In this document: one piece after another, positions 7,164-16,148 of the stretch | Layout: each line of letters begins with the position of its first letter | Numbering within the stretch: position 1 is the first letter of the stretch | From: a virus | DNA length: 48,210 bases | Strand: one strand, 5' to 3' | Virus record (IMG/VR): IMGVR_UViG_3300032144_000017 | Span: 1-48,210 of that record | Translations under genes and position numbers: made by a program | The notes under the pieces: generated by a model | Database searches by the model: none | What the model saw: only the letters and a program-made list of their open reading frames with translations | Told to the model about the DNA's origin: nothing

Positions 7164-9887
7164 ATGAGCCGTCGTCAAAAGATTATCTTCTTCAACACCG
7201 GCAACGGTGGTGGTCTGCCCGGCTCAGCAGACTGGGGACTAATCAGTGGCGATATTACTGACCAGAGTGATTTGAATGACGCTCTGGCACTGATTGGCGG
7301 CGCGGCACTGAATACGGGCGTCGGTAAGACGACGGACACGCTCGAGTTGCAGGCGTTGAATGACACGACGCTGCGCATCACAGCTGCACAGAACATGTTC
7401 TTTACTGAACTGTTCGCACCCGGTATGCCGTTCGATGAGGCAATGGTGAGCTTTCCTCAAACAGACTTTGCTCTTGCTGGTCTTGGACTGGTGGCGGACG
7501 GGACTTATATTCGGTACATTGGTTATGACGTAAATGGCGTTGTGCAAGTGGGCACCGCCAACTTCTTCATGAATCAAGGTGTGGCGCACCTTGGATTCGT
7601 AATGGTGAAGCGAGTTGGCGGTGTTACCACGTTCCTCGATGGAGCAGCTGGACCACGCAACGTACATAGTGCACCGATGATGGCGAGCAGCTCGTTGCTG
7701 GAGCGAGCGTACGCGACGAACCAGTCGAACGTCGAAGTGGCGCCTAACGCTGGTGGGATGACGTTTGCGAAGCGTGCTGGCGTCATGCGTTCACCAAGTG
7801 TAAACTGGCACGGTGGCGCCAACATACACGAGTTACAGATTGCGGCACAGACGCCGGCTTCCTTTACGCGTATCAATCCTAGTACGGCCTCGTCTCCTGC
7901 ACTGCCTGCTGCCAGTACCGCGTTTGTTTGTAATACGTGGTGGAACGGCGTTGCGAGTGTTGTAATGGCAGCACCTGGCAACGCTTCTGTGCAACGGTGG
8001 CTCATTGGTATTAAGGGCGGACTCTGGCTACAGGAGGGCGAGTTCCAATACACGAATCTGGCGGATGCCGTAGACAATATCTTCAACGCCCCGTTCACGA
8101 GCATCTATCCGTTTGACACGTATGCGGAAGTCGCACGGACCGCGGCTGTTCGTAGCTGTACGGACGTGGGTAATAACGCCCAGTCAGTTACGGTTGAGAC
8201 CGGTGGCACAGGTGCGGGTGGCGGCAGTTCGGGTGGTGCGTCTAACGTGTTTGCAGAGTCGCTGCTTGGTGTGACGATTGCACCGAACGTGGTGAATGCG
8301 TCGCTGAATAACATTACGCCGATTGGCGGCACACTAACAGTTACAGGTGGTGTTCGTGCAACTATTGGTGGAGATAGCATTACTGTCGGTGGACTTGGTG
8401 TTGGTTATTTAATTGAGTTTACTCGCGCTAATCCAAACTATTTTCGTGCAAGTTCTGCTGGTGGGATATTTGTTTTCGAGACGGGCGGCGCGAACGAGCG
8501 GGCGCGAATCACTGACACCGGACTCACGGTCACGGGCAGCAGCGCTACGGCACTCACCGGCTTCCCGTTCAGTGGCGGCTCGGCCATCGGGGCACAGATT
8601 ACGAGCTTTGCGTCTGGTGCTAGCTCTTACGGTTTGGACATGCGCCGATTCACCGGGTCCTCAACCGACCATCAGGTTGCTTACATTGGGCAGTATGATG
8701 CCGGGGGAGGCACGGGTTATCCCATCGGTTTTTTCTTCGACAACAACAAGACGACGAACACGCAGGCGACCACGCTGCGTGCGAGCATCGACCAGGACGG
8801 CCTCGCCGTCACGGGCGCGATCAGCGCGACGAACGGCGACATCCTGCAAACCGTAACCGGCGCAGACGCCGTGCTGCGGCAGACCTCAAGCGGCGGTTCG
8901 GGCCAGCAATGGTTTTTGGTTTCGCGCACGACCGGCGAATGGACTGTCTCCAATCAAAGTTTTTCGCGGCATCTGTCCGTTACCAATGCAGGGCTTGCGG
9001 TCTATTCATCGGGCACGGTGGTGGGGAATTTCACCTCAACCGGCCTCGCCGTCACGGGCGGGGTCACGGCGTCGGGCTCGATCACCTCCTCCGCTGCTCT
9101 CGGTACGGTGGACATCGTATCGACCACCCCGGCGAATCGCTCGATCACGAAATACACAAATGGCGGGGGCGACTATTTTATCGGTGTCAATAATGACACG
9201 GGCTCGAACTTTGGCGGCAGCGGCTACTCGCTGTTCCGATTCGCTCCGACCGGGCGCGTGATTCAGGACAATATCAACAGCGTCCCAATTACGACCGTTT
9301 CGTCCACCGGCCTCGCCGTCACGGGCACCGCTACCGCTTCCGATTTCATCATGGCTGGCGGCGAGTCGTTCGGCTTGACGAACTCAATGCTTGGCGTGGC
9401 CTTCACCGGCCCCGCATACGGGTTTTCCATCCGAAACCTAAACGACGTTTCTGGCGCGAAACTCGCCGCTTTCCGCAAGGGAGACGGGACCGAAATCGGC
9501 TCGATTTCTCGCGTCGGCACGACCGACGCCGTCGCCTACAACACAAGCAGCGATGCCCGCCTAAAGAAGAACGTGCGCGACTACACCGGCACCGATTCCG
9601 GCCCAATCATCGACGCGCTGCGTCCACGCTGGTTCGATTGGAAAGAGGGCACTGATAATGATTCCAAAAACATTATTGGCTTCATTGCACAAGAAGAGTT
9701 CCTCGCTGCACCGGAGTTGGCACGTATTGGTGCTGTCACGCCTGGCGACGATAAACCTGACTTTGACCCGAAGACCGGACGTGGTTGGATGCGCTCTGAC
9801 ACCGCGCTGGTTCCTATCCTAGTAGCCGAGCTTAAATCCTTACGTGTGCGACTGGCGACGGCTGAGTCCAAGCTGGCGACTCTCTAA
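7164..9887 (+). CDS. tail fibre/spike with C-terminal intramolecular chaperone (peptidase S74-like) domain
   Basis: Gly/Ser/Thr-rich body with a recurring (T)GLAVTG motif. The C-terminus, SSDARLKKNVRDY...IIGFIAQEE, matches the S-D-x-R-x-K signature of auto-cleaving endosialidase-type chaperone domains. Confidence 0.8.
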   Translation: MSRRQKIIFFNTGNGGGLPGSADWGLISGDITDQSDLNDALALIGGAALNTGVGKTTDTLELQALNDTTLRITAAQNMFFTELFAPGMPFDEAMVSFPQTDFALAGLGLVADGTYIRYIGYDVNGVVQVGTANFFMNQGVAHLGFVMVKRVGGVTTFLDGAAGPRNVHSAPMMASSSLLERAYATNQSNVEVAPNAGGMTFAKRAGVMRSPSVNWHGGANIHELQIAAQTPASFTRINPSTASSPALPAASTAFVCNTWWNGVASVVMAAPGNASVQRWLIGIKGGLWLQEGEFQYTNLADAVDNIFNAPFTSIYPFDTYAEVARTAAVRSCTDVGNNAQSVTVETGGTGAGGGSSGGASNVFAESLLGVTIAPNVVNASLNNITPIGGTLTVTGGVRATIGGDSITVGGLGVGYLIEFTRANPNYFRASSAGGIFVFETGGANERARITDTGLTVTGSSATALTGFPFSGGSAIGAQITSFASGASSYGLDMRRFTGSSTDHQVAYIGQYDAGGGTGYPIGFFFDNNKTTNTQATTLRASIDQDGLAVTGAISATNGDILQTVTGADAVLRQTSSGGSGQQWFLVSRTTGEWTVSNQSFSRHLSVTNAGLAVYSSGTVVGNFTSTGLAVTGGVTASGSITSSAALGTVDIVSTTPANRSITKYTNGGGDYFIGVNNDTGSNFGGSGYSLFRFAPTGRVIQDNINSVPITTVSSTGLAVTGTATASDFIMAGGESFGLTNSMLGVAFTGPAYGFSIRNLNDVSGAKLAAFRKGDGTEIGSISRVGTTDAVAYNTSSDARLKKNVRDYTGTDSGPIIDALRPRWFDWKEGTDNDSKNIIGFIAQEEFLAAPELARIGAVTPGDDKPDFDPKTGRGWMRSDTALVPILVAELKSLRVRLATAESKLATL
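8799..9326 (+). repeat. Three exact copies of the 18-mer GGCCTCGCCGTCACGGGC inside the fibre gene
   Basis: Copies at 8799..8816, 9042..9059 and 9309..9326, spaced 243 and 267 nt apart and in frame. Each encodes GLAVTG. Confidence 0.9.
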
Positions 9888-9911
9888 ACTCCATCGAATT
9901 TCGATAAAGTA
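9888..9911 (+). promoter_or_regulatory. 24-bp palindromic motif, copy 4
   Basis: ACTCCATCGAATTTCGATAAAGTA. Starts on the base after the fibre TAA stop. Confidence 0.9.
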
Positions 9912-10250
9912 ATAAACCTCCCTTTATGAACAACCAACCTAACTTCATTCCACAATCCTACACAGAACGAGCTGCCGCTATACAGCACAACATTGACGTT
10001 GCTCGTGAGCAGGCGATGCGCACTGGCAAGACAGTTCAAGTCTACATTCCACCCAGCACACCCGACATGCGCCAGCACACTCCACCCGCCGGTGTTTCTG
10101 GGTCTTAGACGGATCGGCCGCCGGAGGCGGTCTCGGTTCACGACGTCAGTTGGGCAGCCCACGGGTCTGGCGACTCCCGCTGCGGGTTGGTTCGGGACGA
10201 GTGAGGCGCGGCGAGCGAAGCGAGCGACGCGCCGAGCGAGAGTGAAAAAC
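9911..10250 (+). repeat. GC-rich non-coding element A
   Basis: Shares a 25-nt block with element C (AGACGGATCGGCCGCCGGAGGCGG vs AGACGGATTGGACGCCGGAGGCGC) and a 57-60-nt 3' block with element B (GGACGAG.GAG.CGC..GCGAGCG.AGCGAGC..GCGC.GAGCGAGA..GAAAAC). Hairpins are CCGCC-GGA-GGCGG (10118..10130) and GGCGCG-N17-CGCGCC (10205..10233). Confidence 0.7.
9926..10108 (+). CDS. doubtful small ORF (60 aa) inside element A
   Basis: ORF track. It overlaps sequence homologous to non-coding element C, so coding status is uncertain. Confidence 0.25.
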   Translation: MNNQPNFIPQSYTERAAAIQHNIDVAREQAMRTGKTVQVYIPPSTPDMRQHTPPAGVSGS

Positions 10251-10493
10251 ATGAAATATTTACTAAGATTAATCAACTGGTTCAAGAGCCTCTTTCGCAA
10301 ACAGGTTCCGCCAGTAGTCACACCAACAGTTGAACCAACTACTGAGGTTTTTCCACGAACCATTGGTATGGTCTATGTTGGTCGTCGTATGAATGAAAAG
10401 CTTGTTAGTACTCACCATAACCGCAACAGTCATAATCGTCGTATTCCTACTGCTGAGGTTTCTGGCTTACTTTGTTTAAACCGTCACAAATAA
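10251..10493 (+). CDS. hypothetical protein (80 aa)
   Basis: The ATG at 10251 follows directly after the GAAAAAC end of element A. The track ORF 9993..10493 has an Arg-rich, junk-like N-terminal extension across the element. Confidence 0.5.
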   Translation: MKYLLRLINWFKSLFRKQVPPVVTPTVEPTTEVFPRTIGMVYVGRRMNEKLVSTHHNRNSHNRRIPTAEVSGLLCLNRHK

Positions 10494-10527
10494 TTAATCA
10501 TCCACGTGATTATAAACATAACTGAAC

Positions 10528-10914
10528 ATGACCGCTCCTAGTACCGCCGAAATCAAACTGGTCACCCTCTCTATGGGTGCCCTTACACACTTAAACAACC
10601 TCTTCTCTAGTCAGAAGTGGACCACGTCCGCCAAAGAAAAGCACGCGGCTGGCAAACTTCAAGTAAAGCTTGAAGACTTCATCTACGCTGGCCCCGAAGC
10701 CCCGCACATTCGTCCAATGGAACCCGGTTACTCTGTAGCCATGTCTGCTTTCCACCAAGCCGAACGTGATTGGCGCAACAAGTCAACCAGTCTTGAGCTC
10801 TCAACCCTCGCGTATCAAGCTTGCGTAAGCGCTGTCAAACACTTCGTTAATCAAGAAGGCGGATCTGACCGGTATCTTGCCGAACTTCAGGAAGCCTTCT
10901 TCGTTACTGAATAA
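10528..10914 (+). CDS. hypothetical protein (128 aa)
   Basis: ORF track. Confidence 0.55.
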   Translation: MTAPSTAEIKLVTLSMGALTHLNNLFSSQKWTTSAKEKHAAGKLQVKLEDFIYAGPEAPHIRPMEPGYSVAMSAFHQAERDWRNKSTSLELSTLAYQACVSAVKHFVNQEGGSDRYLAELQEAFFVTE

Positions 10915-10935
10915 CCCTTAACGTCTTCTACTCTC

Positions 10936-12906
10936 GTGGCCTACAATCAAGAAAAAATCAACCGTGACCTAGCTACTCGTGATAGTTCGGGCTCCGAGTT
11001 TCAGAAGAAGGTCGTACAATACTGTGAGCAGTGCCTGAAAATCTCTGCTAACCAAATGTCCGACTACTACGACCAGTGGGATAACAACGAGTTTATCTAC
11101 CGCGGCTATCGTGGACTCGACAAGGATGACAAGGAGAGCATCAAAGAAGGTAATCCGCCTAAAATCATAGTACCTATTACGTACGCTCAGGCACAGACCG
11201 CTTTGTCGTTCGCCTTCTCTACGTTTACACAGAAGTCAACCTTGTTCGAGCTCCTCGGTTCCGGTCCAGAGGATCAACGCTACAGCCTCGCGCTCGAGAC
11301 TGACCTTGATTACCAGATGCGTAATCAAAAATCCCTGTTCAAGATCTACTGTTATTTACTTGACCACTTCAAATACGGTTTTGGTGTGATGAAGATTGAC
11401 TGGACTGAAGACTATACTCAAATGAGGACAGCCGTGCAGAAGCCGGTCTTTGATATACTTGGTTCAATCAAAGGACTCTTTGGTGGCGACGTCCAGCAAA
11501 AGTTCAACACCGTTGAAGAGATCCAAGACGTACTTGCCTACCAAGGTAATCGTCTGGCGAACGTTAGTCCATATAGCTTCTTCCCGGACCCAAGCGTTAC
11601 GCTCTCCAACTTTCAGGACGGCAAATTCGTGGGACATGACCAGGAAACCAGCCGCTCCCAAGTTGAGTCTGAAGAAGGCGACGAGTTCTTCGGCACAGAC
11701 AAGATTCCCGAAAGTATTGCCAACGAAGACATGCGCGACCGTAAGCGTCGCACTGGTTCTATCTTCAAGGATCAGTCTAATGGTCTTGTTGGTGCAGCCG
11801 CTGGCAAGAACGCACCGAGCGTAGTTGTAAAGACGGAGGTCGAATTCCGTATGTCGGAGGCTGAAGCCTCGAAACAATTCGACTACGACTGTGGGTCTGG
11901 TAAGAAGATCATCACGTGGATTGCCGTAATTGGCAATGACCGTAAGCTCATTAAGTTTCAACCTTCCGGCTACTTACACGGTACTTTCAACTATGTTCTC
12001 TCAGAATACAGCCCAGACCACAACGCATTCTACAACCCAGGGCTTGCGGACACAATTTACGAACTCCAAAACCTCATCACGTTCTTCCTTAACTCCCATG
12101 TTGTCAACGTTAAGAAGATTATCCAAAACCGCTTCATTGGCGATGAGTCGAAGGTCTACATGGAAGACCTCAAGTCCAACGCAGCGTTTATTCGTCTCAA
12201 ACAATCAGGTTTACCGATAGACCGTATTCTGCAGCAGTTGCAGGTTAGCGACATTACCAAGAACCACGTAAACGATCTGGACGTCCTCGTTAAGATGATC
12301 CAAGTCGTAACAGGTATCAATGAAAACGCACTTGGCCAATACTCCGGTGGTCGACGCTCAGCTACTGAAGCTCGCAGCGTCAATGCTGGTGCCGCCGCCC
12401 GACTTAAGATGTTCTGTCAACTGGTCTGGTTGCAGGGTCTTGAGCCTATGGGCAAACAGTGTCTCGCGAACACGCGTCAGGGTAGAACCAAAGAGGTTTA
12501 TGCGCGCATTGTAGGTGAACAAATCCTCAAAGCTCCGTACGAAAAGGTCATCCTCGCTGACCCGATGAGCCTTGCTGGTGGGTATGACTTCGCCGCTTAC
12601 GATGCTACCCTTCCCTCTGACCGGCAGCAGCAAGCTATGGTGTTCACGCAGCTCTTCGAAACCATGATGAGCAATCCACAATCCATGCAAATCTTGAACA
12701 AGTCTCCCATCAAGTTGCTGGAGCACATCGCTGAACTGTATAACATCAAAAACTTCGATGACTACAACCTCAACCCGGAAACGCCGCTCCGTAACCCGGA
12801 GATGGAAATACAGCAGGATCAACAGGTCATGGAGGGCGTGCAATCCGGTGCTCTCCAACCTACTGCCACTCCTGATTCGCTCATTAAATCACTCGCTGCA
12901 GCATGA
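10936..12906 (+). CDS. portal protein (putative)
   Basis: 656 aa, immediately upstream of the scaffold and major capsid genes. GTG start. The call rests on size and synteny. Confidence 0.65.
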   Translation: MAYNQEKINRDLATRDSSGSEFQKKVVQYCEQCLKISANQMSDYYDQWDNNEFIYRGYRGLDKDDKESIKEGNPPKIIVPITYAQAQTALSFAFSTFTQKSTLFELLGSGPEDQRYSLALETDLDYQMRNQKSLFKIYCYLLDHFKYGFGVMKIDWTEDYTQMRTAVQKPVFDILGSIKGLFGGDVQQKFNTVEEIQDVLAYQGNRLANVSPYSFFPDPSVTLSNFQDGKFVGHDQETSRSQVESEEGDEFFGTDKIPESIANEDMRDRKRRTGSIFKDQSNGLVGAAAGKNAPSVVVKTEVEFRMSEAEASKQFDYDCGSGKKIITWIAVIGNDRKLIKFQPSGYLHGTFNYVLSEYSPDHNAFYNPGLADTIYELQNLITFFLNSHVVNVKKIIQNRFIGDESKVYMEDLKSNAAFIRLKQSGLPIDRILQQLQVSDITKNHVNDLDVLVKMIQVVTGINENALGQYSGGRRSATEARSVNAGAAARLKMFCQLVWLQGLEPMGKQCLANTRQGRTKEVYARIVGEQILKAPYEKVILADPMSLAGGYDFAAYDATLPSDRQQQAMVFTQLFETMMSNPQSMQILNKSPIKLLEHIAELYNIKNFDDYNLNPETPLRNPEMEIQQDQQVMEGVQSGALQPTATPDSLIKSLAAA

Positions 12907-13175
12907 GACACATCACACCACGCGAGTTAATGGAGGTTGAGCACGACCTTAAGCAAGGTCTTGTGTACGGCATCCTTCGTGAATACATTACTTCTCGACT
13001 ATCCGAATCCCGTAACCAGGCGCGTATGCTTGCTGGTAATCTCTCCTCTCTTCTTGAACGTGAACAGATGCTCGGTCAAATCAACCTACTCGAGACTTTT
13101 CACGACGACTTCCACAACCACGTGGTACATGTAGTAACGAAACAACCAAACAAGGATACCGAACATGAGTCTTAA
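12903..13175 (+). CDS. hypothetical protein (90 aa)
   Basis: ORF track. ATGA overlap with the portal stop. Confidence 0.5.
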   Translation: MRHITPRELMEVEHDLKQGLVYGILREYITSRLSESRNQARMLAGNLSSLLEREQMLGQINLLETFHDDFHNHVVHVVTKQPNKDTEHES

Positions 13176-14037
13176 AAACGTAGACGACGAGCTTGAACGG
13201 ATTGACAATGATCCGGGCGAGGTCGAACTCGAAAACATTACACAGAAAGGCGGCATCAGTAAGGATGCCAACACCGAAGACGCCGGAGGCGACGAAGGCG
13301 GTGAAGGTGAAGGTGAAACGACGCAACAGCGTCAAACCCGTCAGCCGGCTGCAGAGCTGACTGAAGAAAAGATCGCTGAACTGAGCGCACGTGTCACTGA
13401 CCGTATGCTCCAGCAGCGTCAACGTCAAGAGCAGTCTCAGCGTGAGCAACGCATGACGCCTGAGCAAATTGAGAAGTTGCTCAATCCCGTCAAAATTACG
13501 AAAGAGTTTCTCATCGCACATGGCATCGCTGAACCTACTGACCAACAGGTCAAGATGTATCAGGCTATGTCTGACATGCAGACCAAGCACCACATGTCGC
13601 TCATGCAGGTGCAGCTCGAAGCGTTACAGCGCCGGATGCTCTCACAAGCCGAACCGATGTTCGACTTCTACCAGCGTCAAGAGGCTGAACGCAACAAGGA
13701 GGACTTCTTCAAAGACTTCCCCAAGCTTCGCAAGTTCAGTAAGTTCGTACAGTTTGCCGCTTCCACCGTACAGGCCACTGACGCCAACGGTAACGAGAAG
13801 TCGCTCAAAACTGTTAAGAACGACATTGCGAACGCAACAAAAGCTTTACTCAAAGAATCCGGCGTCGATCTCGACGCTCTGGAGACCGAAGAGGGAGAGG
13901 AGACAGCTACGACCCTCAGTGCCGGTGGAAACAGCCGCGACGTGCCTCGCATGACGCGTATGTCTTCATCTGGACGGAGTGGCGCTCCCAGTGCAAAAGG
14001 TGGCAGCAACAATCCCGATGCTGACATTTACGATTAA
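13165..14037 (+). CDS. scaffolding protein (putative)
   Basis: 290 aa, very acidic and Gln/Glu-rich with a helical, coiled-coil-like composition. Lies between portal and capsid genes. Confidence 0.6.
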   Translation: MSLKNVDDELERIDNDPGEVELENITQKGGISKDANTEDAGGDEGGEGEGETTQQRQTRQPAAELTEEKIAELSARVTDRMLQQRQRQEQSQREQRMTPEQIEKLLNPVKITKEFLIAHGIAEPTDQQVKMYQAMSDMQTKHHMSLMQVQLEALQRRMLSQAEPMFDFYQRQEAERNKEDFFKDFPKLRKFSKFVQFAASTVQATDANGNEKSLKTVKNDIANATKALLKESGVDLDALETEEGEETATTLSAGGNSRDVPRMTRMSSSGRSGAPSAKGGSNNPDADIYD

Positions 14038-14048
14038 AGGGAACAAAC

Positions 14049-15464
14049 ATGGCTGATTCAATCCTTGGACTTCCGTCCTCCGCTAAGTTCGCTGCAGAAG
14101 GCGACCGGTTCTATTCGCACCGTCGCAAGATTCTGCATCTGTATCCGAACGGTGGCGCTTCACTTACGGGCATCTTGTCGATGCTTCCCGAAGAAAGCGT
14201 TGCTGATTCGATCCATAACTGGTACGAAAAACGCTTCAAGAGCCCGCAAGCCGTACTTCGTGGCACCAACCCTGTCACGACCACGGCTCCTTCCACTGGT
14301 GATGCCAACGACGGCACTGTGGTCGTCACGGGTGCTCAAGTCATTGGTACCGACTTCTTCATCAAAGTCGACACCGTCAAGGACTTCAAGCGTGGTGACA
14401 ACTTCAACATCGACACCCAGTCGGACCTCTTCTTCTGGGTCACGAACGTAACCCGCGGTGTCGCAAGTGAGGCGCTGAACGGCTACATCACAGCTCGTCT
14501 CGTACGCGCTGCCACGTTCGGCGTGATTGCTACGATCTTCGCTGCCGGCACTATCATTCGCAAGATTGGTAATGCTTACGGCGAAGGTGCTTCGGGCACT
14601 GGCCTCGGTCAGGCCGCGTTCAAGCGTCCGTACGCTATCATGAACACGACCCAAATCTTCCGCGACAAAATGGAGTTCCCGCGCTCCGTGCTGAAGATGG
14701 GCCTGAAGTACGACAAGACTGGTCCTTACAAGGAACGCGCGAAGGACCTGATCATCGACCACATGACCGGTATTGAGCGTGCGCTCATCTGGGGTCGTCG
14801 TGCTACCACCAACCGTGCTTCGTTCGATCCGTCCCAAGAAGACTTGACGGTTCGCAACATGTCTGGCATCATTGAGTTCCTCGAACTCTGGGATGCTGGC
14901 ACCACGGGTCTCACCATCGACGGTGCGGTTTACGCTCCGTATGCCTTCAAGGGTCCGTCTGTGTCCGACACGGACGACCAGAAGCGCGTCATTGCTAACA
15001 CGTCGGGCATCGTTACCGTCCAGAAGTGGAACATCTGGGCTGAGCGCGTCGGTCGTTACAACTCCAACCGGTCGAAGGACAAACTCGTTCTTTGCGGTAG
15101 TGGTGCAATCCTTGCGATGGCGGACATGTTCCGCCTGAACACGGAAATGAAGGTTACCATGGGCGACAGCGCGTATGGTCTCGACTTCATGACGCTCCTC
15201 ACGCCGTTCGGCAAGTTCCACTTCGTGTCGCACCCGTTGTTCAACGAGACGAGCGCTTATCAGTACTGGTGCTTGATCCTGGACATCTGGTCCCTGCGGT
15301 TCCGTCCTCTCCTGGACTCTGACACGCGTCTGCTTAAGATGCGCCAGAACCCCGGTGATGACTTCCGCCGTGACGAGTACCTTACGGAAGGCACTCTCGA
15401 AATGTGGTTCCCCGAGCGCCACATGTTGATCAAGAACGTCCGCACCTATCAGGAGACTGAATAA
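14049..15464 (+). CDS. major capsid protein (putative)
   Basis: 471 aa, follows the scaffold gene. Strongly biased codon usage, which produces a 452-aa antisense shadow ORF. AAGGGA lies upstream of the ATG. Confidence 0.7.
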   Translation: MADSILGLPSSAKFAAEGDRFYSHRRKILHLYPNGGASLTGILSMLPEESVADSIHNWYEKRFKSPQAVLRGTNPVTTTAPSTGDANDGTVVVTGAQVIGTDFFIKVDTVKDFKRGDNFNIDTQSDLFFWVTNVTRGVASEALNGYITARLVRAATFGVIATIFAAGTIIRKIGNAYGEGASGTGLGQAAFKRPYAIMNTTQIFRDKMEFPRSVLKMGLKYDKTGPYKERAKDLIIDHMTGIERALIWGRRATTNRASFDPSQEDLTVRNMSGIIEFLELWDAGTTGLTIDGAVYAPYAFKGPSVSDTDDQKRVIANTSGIVTVQKWNIWAERVGRYNSNRSKDKLVLCGSGAILAMADMFRLNTEMKVTMGDSAYGLDFMTLLTPFGKFHFVSHPLFNETSAYQYWCLILDIWSLRFRPLLDSDTRLLKMRQNPGDDFRRDEYLTEGTLEMWFPERHMLIKNVRTYQETE

Positions 15465-15467
15465 CAA

Positions 15468-15481
15468 GGGGATCCGTCCCC
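15468..15481 (+). other. short hairpin after the capsid gene
   Basis: GGGGA-TCCG-TCCCC, 3 nt after the capsid stop. No T-run follows, so it is at most an attenuator or stability element. Confidence 0.3.
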
Positions 15482-15488
15482 GACTACA

Positions 15489-15803
15489 ATGGCTAATACA
15501 TTCACAACGGAAAAACAACGTCGTCTTGGCGGCCCTGCCGGTAAGTCGTTCATCCTTGTCGAGGGTCTCCTCGTCATTGACACAACGGCTAATGGTGGTG
15601 CTGCTGCTGGCGACCTGCCTGCTGCTCTGTTCAAGCTAACCAAGATTGTGGCTGGCTATCCGGCCATCAACAGCTTGAACACGCTCTTGTATCCGACGTC
15701 ACCTGATTACACTGGTGCTTCGTTGTTGGTTGGTGGGGGTGTTGCAAACGCCCTTGTTGACCTGCCTAACGGCTCTTACCGTGTCAAGCTCCTTGGTACG
15801 TAA
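15489..15803 (+). CDS. hypothetical virion protein (104 aa; possible head decoration)
   Basis: Position immediately after the capsid gene. Gly/Ala-rich. Confidence 0.45.
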   Translation: MANTFTTEKQRRLGGPAGKSFILVEGLLVIDTTANGGAAAGDLPAALFKLTKIVAGYPAINSLNTLLYPTSPDYTGASLLVGGGVANALVDLPNGSYRVKLLGT

Positions 15804-15830
15804 CTAAACTAAACTCAAACTATCACTAGT

Positions 15831-16037
15831 ATGAAAATTCCATGTAACTACGACGTTGTCTCCAAAGAACCGCCTAAGGCGGACTCTGGTGAGAACTTCT
15901 TCTCCAACCCGCAGCTTAAGCCGTACGAGTCGCCCATTCCTGAAGGTAAGGATTGGAACGCCTCTAACACGACTGGGCCGGAGGAAACCAACAAAGCCCA
16001 ACCGTACAAGACCAAGGGCTCTGGTTATACCGGCTAA
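15831..16037 (+). CDS. hypothetical protein (68 aa)
   Basis: ORF track. Followed by terminator 16087..16120. Confidence 0.4.
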   Translation: MKIPCNYDVVSKEPPKADSGENFFSNPQLKPYESPIPEGKDWNASNTTGPEETNKAQPYKTKGSGYTG

Positions 16038-16086
16038 ACTTGGTTATGCGCTACTACATGTTCTGTAGCAAGTAATCACGTGGACT

Positions 16087-16120
16087 GACGGCCTGTTACT
16101 GGTGTGGCAGGCCGTCTTTC
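16087..16120 (+). terminator. Rho-independent terminator candidate
   Basis: GACGGCCTG-N12-CAGGCCGTC (9-bp GC-rich stem) followed by TTTCC. Confidence 0.5.
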
Positions 16121-16124
16121 CTAC

Positions 16125-16148
16125 ACTTTATCGAATTTCCATAAAGTC
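16125..16148 (+). promoter_or_regulatory. 24-bp palindromic motif, copy 5
   Basis: ACTTTATCGAATTTCCATAAAGTC, directly abutting the ATG at 16149. Confidence 0.9.

Noticed and set aside
7574-8104. Long antisense or alternative-frame ORFs inside large genes (7574..8104, 12358..12858, 13081..13593, 19279..19953, 21915..22610, 28070..28678, 29970..30491, 35228..35875)
   Set aside because: All are nested in stronger ORFs with recognisable motifs or synteny. Their compositions are skewed (Arg/Ser/Leu/Cys-rich), so they are treated as shadow ORFs.
10205-10240. CRISPR-like or tandem-repeat array (GCGAGCG iterations)
   Set aside because: There are only two to three irregular 7-9-nt iterations inside a hairpin loop, with no repeat-spacer periodicity and no cas genes.
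10191-10250. Possible hammerhead or other small self-cleaving ribozyme in the GC-rich elements (CGAAAC/GAAAAC ends)
   Set aside because: No CUGANGA core or matching three-stem layout could be found in A, B or C. The GAAA alone is not diagnostic.
9993-10493. 166-aa + strand ORF across element A
   Set aside because: The N-terminal 86 aa are an Arg-rich read-through of the GC-rich repeat. The credible gene starts at the ATG at 10251.
14160-15518. 452-aa ORF on the - strand spanning the whole capsid gene
   Set aside because: It is antisense to the syntenic, well-formed capsid ORF. Its Arg/Val/Glu/His-rich composition is typical of a shadow ORF produced by strong C/G-ending codon bias on the opposite strand.
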